A stretch of DNA of 64,000 bases from Rhynchobatus australiae (Eukaryota): positions 105,066,122 to 105,130,121 of the forward strand of contig JAUZTB010000098.1 of assembly GCA_034780895.1 (NCBI GenBank), read 5' to 3'. The notes below the pieces were generated by a model. The model had not been told where the DNA came from. It made no database searches and saw only the letters and a list, made by a program, of their open reading frames with translations. A program made the position numbers and the translations under genes. Below are positions 12,701-25,065 of the stretch, piece after piece. Each line of letters starts with the position of its first letter. Within the stretch, counting starts at the first letter, position 1.

Positions 12701-14419
12701 CATCTCCAGCTTCTTGGCAAAGTATTTAGACTATAGAATCGAGAGAAATGAAAGGGAATACGTTCAGTCAAAGGGCCGAGTTGTACAGCGTTTTAAACAG
12801 GGCCCGGTAGTAACCAGAAAGGATGTTTTGATCAGTACAAACTTGACTTCCTTCGTGGGTCAATAAACCATGCCGACGATAGTTTAAGGTGGCACAGCGG
12901 CATTAGGAGAATATGAACCTGCTGTGGAATAACAAAGTACTTTTTTCGGAAGAGCTTTTATATTTAACTGAGAAAATAATCAAGATAAATATTTCTGCTA
13001 TACGTAACTTGGGCTTCTCCAACATGCTGGATGATACAATTTAATACAGCAGACGAGTCTTCGGACATATTTGAATCAAGTATCAGTAGGTTACTTGCAA
13101 AGCTAATTTCAAATCGTTTACACAAACATATGGAAAATTGAATGTCAATGCATTTCCTTTGTACAATATGCAAGTTCCACTTTTTTCTCGATTAATTTAT
13201 TCTGCTCATTTTACCACGGAACAATAACCAAATATGCGTGTTATATACAATGAATTTAATTCTGCATTCATAAAATAGGACAAGAAGCTACCTAGTTATG
13301 ATCCTTATTCTGCGTGATGATATTGAAACATCCATTCTAAGCAGTTTAATTCTAATGGATGTTCAATTAACTAGGCCAACAAAATAAAGTACTATTGTGC
13401 TTGTTTACTTGCTTAGCTTAGATTAAAGCTTCTGTTTGTCTCGTCTAAACAGCCCAATATAATGGGACAAGTCTGCTTTCTGTGTTTAGTCTAGTTTCTG
13501 CAGAGCATGAGCCACCGACGGAGCAGCGCTTCCACTACACTCCGCCGAGGTCGCTGTTTCCAAGAACAAAACAAAACTACGCGCCTAGGCGCCATGTAAT
13601 GATCATAACCGAGGCCTTGTGCCTTTCAAGTAATTTCTTTGTCTTGCACATGGTAGAATACATATGCTTAAAACGCGTATCCTAAATCATTTATTTCAGA
13701 TTTTCACCGCGAAATACAAAGTGAGCCATGTACAGAATGTACCAAACAAATATGTGAATTTTTGGCAATGCTAATATAATTGTGGAATATTTATCACTAA
13801 CAAAATCGAAATCTGCAATGCATCGATTACGCCGCCGTACGTATGTAACTGCAGCAATCTGCAGTGGAATACAGCGGACCAACACCGGTACTTCCAAATA
13901 ATGGTTCGGCAGCGCACACATAATGAAGGAAATCGAAATTGATCATATTTAATTTAAACATGAACTTGATCCTTCTTAGGAAGAATAAACAAATCTCATG
14001 TAAGATATTATAGTTAGGAAATCCCAATTCACCACATTGTTCGGAAAGCACAATCCAGCGTTAGTTTGCGAAATAAAGAAGATTCTCTTGTGCTCTTTTT
14101 TTAAAAAAATACACCATTCCATTAATTTCGGGGGGGAGGGTNNNNNNNNNNNNNNNNNNNNNNNNNNNNNNNNNNNNNNNNNNNNNNNNNNNNNNNNNNN
14201 NNNNNNNNNNNNNNNNNNNNNNNNNNNNNNNNNNNNNNNNNGGCAACTTGTAGGATAACTATCTACCATGTCCTTTGATTACACGTTTTTATTCCTATTA
14301 CAGAACGTGCCACTTTTACGATTGGCCGTATGAAGCCAAAATCTTTTACTTTTTCGTGGTTATTTGAGTATCTGCGGTTTCTGTCCAAACCAGCACAAGA
14401 ACTCACTGACGATGACGAT

Positions 14420-14503
14420 AACTGCAGTAATTCAGGCAGTTTCGTGTTGTAGAGTTAGACTTTAGCCCCAACAACATGAAACTACCTAAATCACAGGTCA
14501 GTT
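14420..14503 (-). ncRNA. MIR196: miR-196 precursor at the HoxA (miR-196b-orthologous) locus; mature 5p 14467-14488
   Basis: The minus strand reads TAGGTAGTTTCATGTTGTTGGG, with complementary arm CTACAACACGAAACTGCCTG and flanking AACTG/CAGTT stem pairing. It sits in the canonical position between Hox9 and Hox10. Confidence 0.96.
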
Positions 14504-15710
14504 CTATCACAGCTCTTTAGATTCCTATCACTGTACATAAGTAGGGGGGCAATCTAAATGCACATTCAACAAGCTCACTCAAATCGAGGTCACAATCATT
14601 GCGCTTCTCGTCCAAACCTTGCATGCATTTACCAAAATCGAAAGGCACTCCTTCAACATGCAGAGCTGTTTGTCTCTGAAATTATTTTCCAAATACTTGA
14701 GGGGCTTTCGGGGTTTTAATGCCGAATTCCAATTCAAATGAATAAATTGAATTGCAAATTCAGCACGAGAATANNNNNNNNNNNNNNNNNNNNNNNNNNN
14801 NNNNNNNNNNNNNNNNNNNNNNNNNNNNNNNNNNNNNNNNNNNNNNNNNNNNNNNNNNNNNNNNNNNNNNNNNAGAATACTTGTTAGTCCCCACTAAATA
14901 TGGCGGGGGGTTCTTTATTAGCTCTGTGCAGGATTTCACGCGATCTGAATGCATGTCATTCATTCCAGTAATGATAAGCCATTGCAACTTGTGTGCACTG
15001 CAATAATCACGAGTTCAAGGTTTGTCCGAAGAAAAGAGCTAGTCAGATGACACAGTCAATAGAGATATATTTTCCTTTTCCTCTTCTCCCACGTCCCCCC
15101 ACCAAAAGGAAAATAAACAAAACAGTAGCTTTAACTTTTCTTTTCTAGCACCACTGATTACATTTAAAATATACTAAAGACGCAAGTTTGTTAGAAATGA
15201 TCCTCTACCTATTGGGTTAGATATAGAATAATGGCTTTCGCTCTTCATACAGATCTCACCTTCATCGTGAATGCTTCCAGATGTCCTATCTGCTAGGATT
15301 TTTCGATTCTTCAAACTCTTCAGATTTGTGCAGATTAAAAGATGTGGTGTGCATTTTGTTCAAAGAAAATCAATTTCCTACATCCGAGCGGTGCTCTGCT
15401 TCCTCTGTCTTCGTGGCTGTTCGCTCAACTGAAACCACTCGTCCAAGACAGCAACAACCCAGATATACTAGCAAGTCATAAAACTCAACAAAAGCCGACA
15501 AACGTTACAGCACCATTGCTATATAGCCCAGACAAATTACGACCGTCTAGGTAATATTTAAATAGATTGCAACGGTAATTGCCAGTCTTTAAACCCACCA
15601 TTCCTGCAGTAAACTTCCTCAACAGATAAAGGTAAGAAAAAACACGGAACACAAAATGAAGTAAAAACAATGTGCATATACCTATCTCAAAGGACTCCGA
15701 CGAAATGCGT

Positions 15711-15716
15711 TTTATT
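15711..15716 (-). terminator. Candidate HoxA10 polyadenylation signal
   Basis: TTTATT on + about 740 bp downstream of the HoxA10 stop. Other candidates lie nearby. Confidence 0.35.
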
Positions 15717-16453
15717 CATCTTCCAGAAAACACAAGTTTTTGTTAACGTACACAGTGCAGCAGCAATAAGACCAGGCATAATCCGAGTCTTCCAGTAAGA
15801 GTGTTTCATCTTTTCAAAACCAAAAATGAATCAATTCTAGTTGATTTTATTCTCTTTTAAAAGTGAATCGACGGCACTGAATAAGAGGTCCGACATCCTA
15901 CTCATTTATGTTTGCAACAAAGTTTCACATTTAAATGTGCTATGGTGCTTCCTTTCATGGCGTGTGATATATTTATGTAACAACACACTTTACAGCATAT
16001 TCACATTTAACTTTTATCAACATGTCGGTATATGGTAGTAACATCATCCTGGGACTATATTAACAGCATCAAATGCATTTAAATATTACAATGTTCGATT
16101 TACTTAGCTGATAATTGGTAACTAGCACAATTAAATGATTGTTGACATGTTCACCACCCTGCTTCCCCACCCCCCCCCCCCCCCAAACCAANNNNNNNNN
16201 NGTTGTTTGGAAAATCGTCATACAGGACGATAACTTCTGTGCATGCCTTACTTATCGATGGCAACACTTATTATTATAGATACAGAAACAGACTAGCGCC
16301 ACAAATAAAAACAAAAACACATAAATCGTAATTATCTACAATCAGCACAAGGCTGAGAAGTCAGAGGTAAGTGGAAAAGTTTTTAGTCTTTCAGTAACAC
16401 TAGCACAACTTCCCGATGTCCGGCTAAAATATGCAAACCAGTGTCTGTGTTTA

Positions 16454-16728
16454 TCATGAAAAACTGAAGTTAGCTGTGAGCTCCCGAATCCTGTTCTCAC
16501 GGTTCATTTTCTTGAGTTTCATTCTGCGATTTTGAAACCAGATTTTGACCTGTCTGTCAGTCAGGTGGACACTGCGGCTAATCTCTAGGCGACGCTCTCG
16601 AGTCAGGTACATGTTGAAAAGAAACTCTTTCTCCAGCTCCAGGGTCTGATGTTTGGTGTAAGGGCATCGTTTTTTCCTGCCACTCTTTGCAGTCAGCCAG
16701 TTAGCCCCACTTTCAGCTTTCACTTCCC
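16454..16728 (-). CDS. HOXA10: HoxA10 exon 2 (homeodomain)
   Basis: The acceptor aatag|GG is followed by [96 protein letters not shown] is HoxA10-typical. Confidence 0.97.
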
Positions 16729-16775
16729 CTATTAAGTAAAAATGATAGAAAGCAAAGGAACGAAACAGAAAGCAC

Positions 16776-16795
16776 AGAGAGAGACAGACAGACAG

Positions 16796-16862
<67 letters not shown>
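16776..16862. repeat. (GACA)n/(GA)n microsatellite at the 3' end of the HoxA10 intron
   Basis: About 30 GA units are directly visible. Confidence 0.95.
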
Positions 16863-16864
<2 letters not shown>

Positions 16865-18353
16865 AGATTCCAGAGAAAGAAAAGAAAGTTTCGTCAAAAA
16901 ATTTTCAAAGGGAACCTACTTGTGGTAAAATGGATGTTTTTACCTATATTCTTCGTGGTACTGTGTCAAAAAATAGGTACAGTATCTTTACATATAATAT
17001 GAAATATCCAAAGGACTGCATCCTCTATTTATTTTAAATGTTCACTTTTAATGTCAGGGCAGTATTGTACCATTTTTTCCGTATTTGTCAATACCTTTGG
17101 TGTATGTTCGCATGGAACGGGAAAAAATAACACATGTTGAACTATTTCATGATTTAAACTGATTTGAAGGATTAGGTAGTATTAAAGTGAACCGTGGGGT
17201 CTTTTAGGATGAAGGTGAAATTAGTTTGTAAATTTATTTTAATAATATTAGATATATTTTAAACGATTGTCAAGAATCTATGTACTTAGAGTGACACTGT
17301 CAGATTGATTTCATTTCATTCTGCAAGAGTCTCATTCATTCTCCCTTTCAAGGTGTTTGATTAATACCAATGCAGTTGGTTATTCACTAAAAGAAAAATA
17401 CTCCTGTAATTATCATAAAATTCAATATTTTGCTAGCACCAGTAGGTGTGTCTTTCCCTCTGCTATCATTTCAAACTTTGAAGTTTTCAACCCTATTTTT
17501 CCCCTGTTTCACATGAAACAAAACCTATCTTCATCCATGTCAATAATCTAAGGAGATTAAGCGAGCTTTTTCGTTTGAGCAAATAACTCCAAAGGTAACA
17601 GATCGAAATATATTCCTCTTTATTTGAAAGCTTTAAGACTCTTGCCTTTTCAATTCCTCACTTTTTTCACTGGATCTAACTTATTCAAATGTTTTCTTCG
17701 GAAGTTCGTTAGAGTTGCAACTAAAATGATCGGTGGGCATTTAATTTTTCAATTGTGATGCTCTGTTACAGTTAACTGGATGAATTTTAAATAAAGTAAG
17801 AGAAAAACTAGGCAACCCTTAAAGCTGTCTTTTAACATCTATTTTCATATTTTTAACAAAATCCCATGAGGAATGATTCTATACTGACTTAATAGCATCA
17901 AATGTCTTCAAACAAAATATGACAACATTATCTTTTATTATTTTGAAAACTTTTCCTATTTTTTATTTCAACCTTTTTCTCGAAAAACGCGCTAGATCAT
18001 AAAACTTCCCTGGGTTCCTTTGAGTATTATTTATTGGCTGTCTTTTATTTACTTTGGACTCTGTGTGCAAATATGTCCTTCTATGCGGTACACTTAAATA
18101 ACTGCAGAAAGGCTTCGTGGTTTGTAACTTATCTGACAAGTTTAGAATGTGAGTACAATTGATTCCGGAGCGTGGGCTCATGCTATAAACTATAGTAGGC
18201 ATTAATTTTTACAGCATAGCTCACGCCCAAAAATAAAAAGTTCACAAGGTCAAAATAAACCCCCCTTTGTTAGGCTTGTTGGCTGTACCTGCCACGTCTA
18301 ACCATTTCTGATTGCTAGCTCTGTAAATCGCCCACTGTCTCTCATGTACCTAC

Positions 18354-19110
18354 CTTTTGTTTCTTTCTCAGGAGAGTTTTTGCTGCTTTCTGAAGGGACT
18401 GGAGAAGACTCTTCGTTTGCTGAAGAAGCCGGAGCCTCTGCCTCTTCTCTTTCCGAACCGCAAGTTAAATGGCCGGGGGATGTCCCTTCGCTTCCTTTTC
18501 TCCCCAACTCACTCGGGGTCGAAGCTGAAGAAGGGGGTGTTCCAAAACGGATCTGGGACTGAGGCACGAATGGAGAGGCCCCAACCTGCCCAGTGTTATA
18601 AAGTGTCTGTTTGGATGTCGGATAGGCTTGGGACAGACGGAAATAGCCGGGCACAGGAACCCCGCCGCTAGTAGTAGTGTCACTATTGGAGCACGATTCT
18701 GAGGTTAGCCTTGGAAACGTGGAAAGATCTGTTGCTGCCGCGCTTTTTGGACATTTCTCAGAATCATATAAGCAATATGCGTTTTCTTCTTTGATATTCT
18801 GGGGGAAGGAACATGCTGCTACTTGCTGGGTTGCAGGTTGCTCCATGCGACAGGACCTGGGAGGTTCTGACCAGACCTCCATCCCGCTCATATAGGGATG
18901 AGAAGTCAGGACCATACTCTGAGAGTTGTTCTCACTGCGTTTGCTCAGAGATGGGAAAAGTCCACAGTTCTGGATGCCGTATGATAGATCAGAGCCAGGC
19001 GGCAGGTATACGCTGTTGTTGGGGTAATAGGTCCCTTCCCCGCCACGGCCCACGCTGATCAGAGAATCTACTAAAAAGGAGTTTGCAGCCGGGCTGTCTG
19101 AGCATGACAT
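18354..19110 (-). CDS. HOXA10: HoxA10 exon 1
   Basis: MSCSDSPAANSFLVDSLIS...CSFPQNIKEENAYCLYD...VPVPGYFRLSQAY. Donor G|GTAGGT is phase 1. Spliced CDS is 1032 nt = 343 aa. Confidence 0.96.
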
Positions 19111-20378
19111 TGTTGTGGGGTAATTTGGCGAAAGCAGAAGATATCCAGTTCAGGCTGACATTTCTTGTGCAAACACGTTGAATATGATTAGAGATACCTC
19201 CGCAGCACGACAGGCGGGACGAGCCAATCAAAAGGCAGAGCTGGGCATAAGCCCCTCCTTCGTGGCCGGGCTACGTCACCAGAACTGCAATAAGGTCACC
19301 ATATGTATTCGGTAAACTGCAAAAGCGTCTAAATGCATCTTTATTTACTCAGTTCTACTTTATTAGAATCACGTCCTTCAAGTAAAATAATAGAACGGCA
19401 CAAAATGTAATTCAATATTACAAGTTTCAGCAAAACGCAGAGCTACACAACTGTTTCAAAGTAGTAGTTATTTACATACTTCTAATTATCCGCACATGCA
19501 GTTGACAAAAAGAACAAAGTTTTACTTCTATATTATACACTTTTAATCACGCGTTGAGGTTCACAGACGGATACACGCGAGAAAACATAAGTAATCTTGA
19601 CTTTCACGGGTCTGATTGTAATTACCCAGCCGGCTGCTGCAACAGTTTCACAGTAATCACTGTAATTCAGATCCACACTGAGTCTTTACTGATTGTTACC
19701 TCTGTTGCCATTCCTTGTAGAATCACTTCTGAAATACAAATCCGTGGTTGTATATCTGGCCTTTGTAGTTTGAAGTGTACTGGGTTAATAGAACTTACAG
19801 CAGCTCTGTAGGTTAAGTGTAGAAGGTCGGAGTCAACAAACTAATAAAACAACCACTTATTTTTTATCCATCTACCTATTTCTACAGCATGGATATTTGG
19901 GTGTGACTGAATTGTGGGCAATTCTTGATATTTCATACCAAATTACAATTTCAAGAAATAGAAAACATTTCTTTCTAAGTACTTTATCATCTGTTCTTCG
20001 ACTGGCTGGGCCAGAGAATACATCGTTTACCACATCTATAAAATCGACCTCATCATTTCGTCTTAAAAATAGAATACATTGCAGTTAAATAAAATTTACA
20101 AGCGTCTTAACTGCAACTCAATCAAGTTTAAAACAAAGCGCGAAGCAGAAGCTCCCTCCAGACTCTGTCACTCTCTCCCATTCAAAGATAACTTAGAAAT
20201 TAAGCCAAAGGAAAAAAAATTGCCCTACCTTTTTTATTCAGTGTCGAAGTGTGACCTTCGATTGGTGAGCTTTCCCCCCCAATTTAAGGTGAAAGATGAT
20301 GATGCACAAACTAAGGCTATTATCTTTGTTAAGTGCATTGTTATAGAAATTAATGAAACAATAATGTGCCCCTCCCAA

Positions 20379-20415
20379 ACACACACACACACAGACACAC
20401 ACACACACACACAGA

Positions 20416-20451
<36 letters not shown>
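20379..20451. repeat. (CA)n microsatellite
   Basis: Directly visible, with a few interruptions. Confidence 0.95.
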
Positions 20452-20457
<6 letters not shown>

Positions 20458-22985
20458 GGGATGTAATGTTCAATCTGTAAGATTACTGTGTTTTGCTACG
20501 AGCCATCTTTAAGCCGCAATCAAAATGTTCACCCTTCCGCCCCCCCCCCCCCCCNNNNNNNNNNTTTTTATAAGCTATATTATTCCTCCACCAGCTGCCC
20601 ACCACCCCCACCCGTGCCCCACAGCCACCACCACCCCCATCCCTGCACTGTTATTCCAATTGTAGTTATTTTAACTTCTGGCGCTGGATTAAAGCTCAGA
20701 AAATGTTGTTAATCTAAAGCAGGTTATTTAAAATATCGTTTCAGTTAAAGTCAGCGGGATATGAAGGCCGGCTTTACACGCATCGTGTTTGCTAAGGGGC
20801 CGTCTCGGAGGATTCCTTATTCATGCTTGTTTTTTAAGCACAAACGACTGTTTAGAATTATCACGGCCGTCCAGAAAACCTATAAAAACCTGAATGTTCT
20901 GTATCGAAAAATTTGAAAATATTCCCTTTGCAGTCCCACTGTGCCCATGACACGTATGATCATGGGAGCAGACAAAGATTTAATGGGGAAAAATAACAAT
21001 TACCATCTCTGCCAGAGTCTCATATATAAAGGTTCAGGCTACTGTACACCAATGCTAACAAGCGACGCATTTATGTGTTGGAGGCATGATATTTATCTGG
21101 TTCTCTTGGTAAATGTTTCATTGCTTAATAAATTGATACCATATTTGGATAATTTTATTGGTGTATTTTTGGAAAGGTTTAAACGTCTATAACCCAATTT
21201 CCCAGTAAAACTGTAATGGGGATAGTGGATTGGTTTCTCCAGTTTCTAAGACACTACAGGCCTTTCTCAACTTTATGGATAGGAATTGAGCGAGGGCCGT
21301 GAGTCTCATGTGCACATTTAAAAAACCCACACCAGGAAGTAATTGAAGCAGCAAGGATTTGCGGGAAAGAAGTTTCTTTTCTTGCCTTTAAGGTGTACGT
21401 GACTGTTAATTACAACATTGGTAACAGTTAAGAAATGTGGTTAACTCTGCCGAGGAGGTTGGGGAGATAAAATGCCTTTATCGTATATTTCAGGAACCTG
21501 GCTAGAGAAGAAAATAAATTATAGGCTATAGAAAGTGCATAATTCCGAACAAGTTTATACAGTACTTTTTGTGGCGATTAGTGCGTTCTATCTGACATAA
21601 AGAATAACGAAGACAATTTCCTTTGCGCCAAGCTATTTCGATCGTGGGTATTTCAAGATTTCTACATTTCTCCATCAACGCGTAAGCAATAAACACACGT
21701 CTTGAAACGCCGCAGCAAATGAGGTAAATAATACGTTGTCCAGTCAGTGGTAAAGGGGGGAACATAGACAGTAGTGGAGCGAATAGTGGTTCTTCAGTAT
21801 ATGAGCGATTTCAATGTCTAAACTGAGCAGGCTGTGCCCACTCACAGCTCGGACTCGTTGTTAGCCTAGATCGTGAACTTAAGACTGAAGGCCAGACTGG
21901 ATGCCTTTCACTCTTTTCCGGATAAAGATCCAAGGAGAAAACTCACACATTCACCGCTTTCAGCACTGAGTGAGATTGCTTATAATTATTTAGCTCTTTT
22001 TTGTTTTGCAGTAACAAAATGTATCCAACACTTTGTGAACTTCAAAACAAAACTCCTCACCCTTCAAGTGTATCGGCCATTGTATGTGCGCAGTGAAATC
22101 TTTTCGTACAGGGAACCAGAGCAGATAATTCCAATCTGCGGGCTCCGATTTAACATATACCGCCCTTTTTTAGAGTAATAACAGTTATTTGTGACTCTTT
22201 AAGATTGCTGGGGAAGTCGACGAGATAAAATTGCCTTTTGTCTCAAAGATAAAGACAAGAATGTCACCCTTTAACTGCTTATGCATTCAATGGCTTTACA
22301 GGCAACCATCCCGAGATCCCAATACAATTGCCTATCAGAATGTTCAGGTAAAGATTTTTTTTTAGACTGATATAGAAGTCTGAGACTGACCTAATCTAAA
22401 ACTGAAAACCCGCGGAATTAAAGTGCTTCGTTTCTCTCTATTTGATGCTCACAGCATAAAACACTTTGAAACAGAAACATTATTCAACAATTTCAGAAAG
22501 TTATGCAGGAAGAACTTTGTATGCAGTTAACAATTAAAATGCAAACTAACGCCGATCGATCGCAGACAAGAAATATAAAAATCAAGGATATCAAAATTCA
22601 CTAAATCTTATCGTCCACTAAATCGACAGTCCTAACTAATCTGGTGAACTGTCGCCACAGCACTGTTGCGGAAACATTAATATTTATTTTGGGATAATCT
22701 GTTGTATAATGCTTTAATTTTTTTTTTAAAAATCGTGAGCCTAAGACTTCAATTTAAATGCATCGTTTACACCCAAATTTCAATGCAGAATAAACGGAAG
22801 TCAAGCCAGAAAACAAAAAAGATTGAAACGTCGAACAACAGGATTGAATGAAATGTAGGGTCATAACAGGAATGGGCGCATGACTGTTTATGGTTTGGAA
22901 TAAAATAATATTAATAACAATATTTTTCAATTGCCTGCTTAAATAGACTTCCGTAAACATGCCTCGAACAATTTAAAACAGAGAC

Positions 22986-23093
22986 AAAAGACTTGCATTT
23001 AAACAGCGCCTTTCACAACCTCGGGACGTCCCAAAGCGCTTTACAGCCAATGAAGTACTTTTTGATGTGCAGTCCCTGTTGTACCGTGGGAGA
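22986..23093 (-). mobile_element. 3' tail fragment of a DeuSINE/SacSINE1-like (L2-tailed) SINE
   Basis: The minus strand reads ...AAAAGTACTTCATTGGCTGTAAAGCGCTTTGGGACGTCCCGAGGTTGTGAAAGGCGCTGTTTAAATGCAAGTCTTTT, matching the recalled shark DeuSINE 3' tail. Confidence 0.7.
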
Positions 23094-25049
23094 CCTAATT
23101 CATTTGTTCTATTTTAATCTTGTTTCAGCTCAGCTATTATACTGTTATGTACAATTAAGCTCCAGTATCCCCCTTTTTAAAATTTAAAAAAACTGAGAAA
23201 ATGCGATTGGATTGTACAATTTCAAATGAATTAATCGACTTTGAACGTGAACAATGAACAATATTCCACAAGGTAAAGGTTTTTACGAGTGAAATCAAGC
23301 GCTTGTATTTATAGTGAAGACTTGCACACTTCAGTTTAGGCTTGCTCAATGAAAACAGCATTCTAACAATTCAAAAGATGTTCAGATGAAAATAGGGTGG
23401 GGGTCTTTTCACTCTATTATATAAACTGAATAGAGTAAATAGCTGTGCCGAATTGTGAATTGAGATATCTTTTTTTTTAATGAAACGAGATCTTGAATAA
23501 TTCTGATGTTAATTTCCTCTTAGAGATTACAGGTAAAATTGTTAAAATTATGCGGAAACCACGCATGCAAAATACATGCAAATAAATACAGAATTGCGCA
23601 AACTCATATATTATTCTATGTGGCTTTAAAATTAACGAGATTTTGATTAGATTTTGTTGAAATTAATAGATGAATTTCATTTATTTGAAATTACTTTTTT
23701 TGTCAAGTATACAATTTGCAATAATCTAACTAACGGATTTTGATTTTATTAACCATGTTCTTTATGGTACACGACAGAGGATTTTTTTCACGCTGGCAGA
23801 ATAGCTCATTGGCTTTATAACAAAAAAAGCGGCAATTCAGTTACACAGGCCACGGTGAAGGTGACGCAGCAGGGGTCGAGTCACAAACCAAAAAGGTCCA
23901 TGTTATGCACCACGTTGAAAATAAAGAGTTGGCGTAAAATGTACGATTACATCAAATTCTTCACATTTGTAACCTACTCTGTCTAGAACGTTTCATTCAA
24001 TAACTTGATACCTTCAAACAATGAAGGATTCGTGGCATTAATGTTCAATTTAAAGCCGTTCTATAATCTAGTATTATCTTCTTATTAAGGAAAAATACAT
24101 GGCAATTTCTTCAGCTGTGAAGTGTGCACATGCCAGTTCTGTTTATAAATAGTTAACGCATTACTATACTCCCTCCCACCTTTTCAAATATGGAACTGAC
24201 TGTAACCAGTTCTATCATATTTTACAATTTATTGCCGGAGAAATAAACTCTCTTTTAGCAAAATACTTCACGGCATATTGGTATCCTGCTTTCAGGGGCT
24301 TACTGGCAACATAGCGGAAGTTTTCATGCAAAGGGATAGGCAAAGAGTGATTTGTAAAATGGATATGAACAGTTCAACCATGCAGCCAACTATGCACAAT
24401 GAATCATTTTTGTAAAGTGTTTTGTTAGGAGTAGGAAAAAATAGGAGAAATTGACGTTTTGAAAATCAATAAGCTTAATTTCGGGTTGTCTAAATTGTTT
24501 TATTTTCCGAAAAGTTGGAGAGTTCGAGACCGAGCTCATGTTTGTTCTTTATTCCATCCTACTTTTTTTAAAAAATTCATACTTCAATCTTCTACATTTT
24601 TGGCAAACTCACACAGGCAGTGCCTGCTCTTCCACAGTTTATTTTCGAGATTCGTCCAGTTTGATATTAATCCAATCATCAGATATTTAATCAAAGGGTT
24701 AATGTTTTCTCACACTTCAAAGACCGGAATTTCAGCAATTGAAAACTAGAATGCACTAGTTTCTGAAGCAGAAAACCTGAACTCCCTAGCAAGAGGAAAG
24801 AACAGTTGTGGAAATTGTCTCTTGTTAACGATATGGTCTTTAACAAATAGGCTACCATTGACTTTTTGCATCTATCGTTCCGGCAAACATGAGCATTTAA
24901 ATTGCCTTTCAAAACTAAGGTCTATTTTACTTGCTTTATTAGATTCTGGTTATTAAATTTATTTAGTACTGCAATACCCGAATACTCTTTATACAGCAAC
25001 CAAAAACAGAATGAATGACTATTGTGCTGTGGTGCAAGTGCTAATCCTA

Positions 25050-25065
25050 GACCCAGAGGGCGCTG
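25050..25065 (+). promoter_or_regulatory. Candidate CTCF site (A10-A11 intergenic)
   Basis: GACCCAGAGGGCGCTG core with TGCAAGTGC upstream. Confidence 0.45.

Noticed and set aside
16729-16897. SLSLSL-rich N-terminus of the 147-aa homeodomain ORF, and the RERERE antisense ORF
   Set aside because: These are translations of an intronic (GA)n microsatellite.
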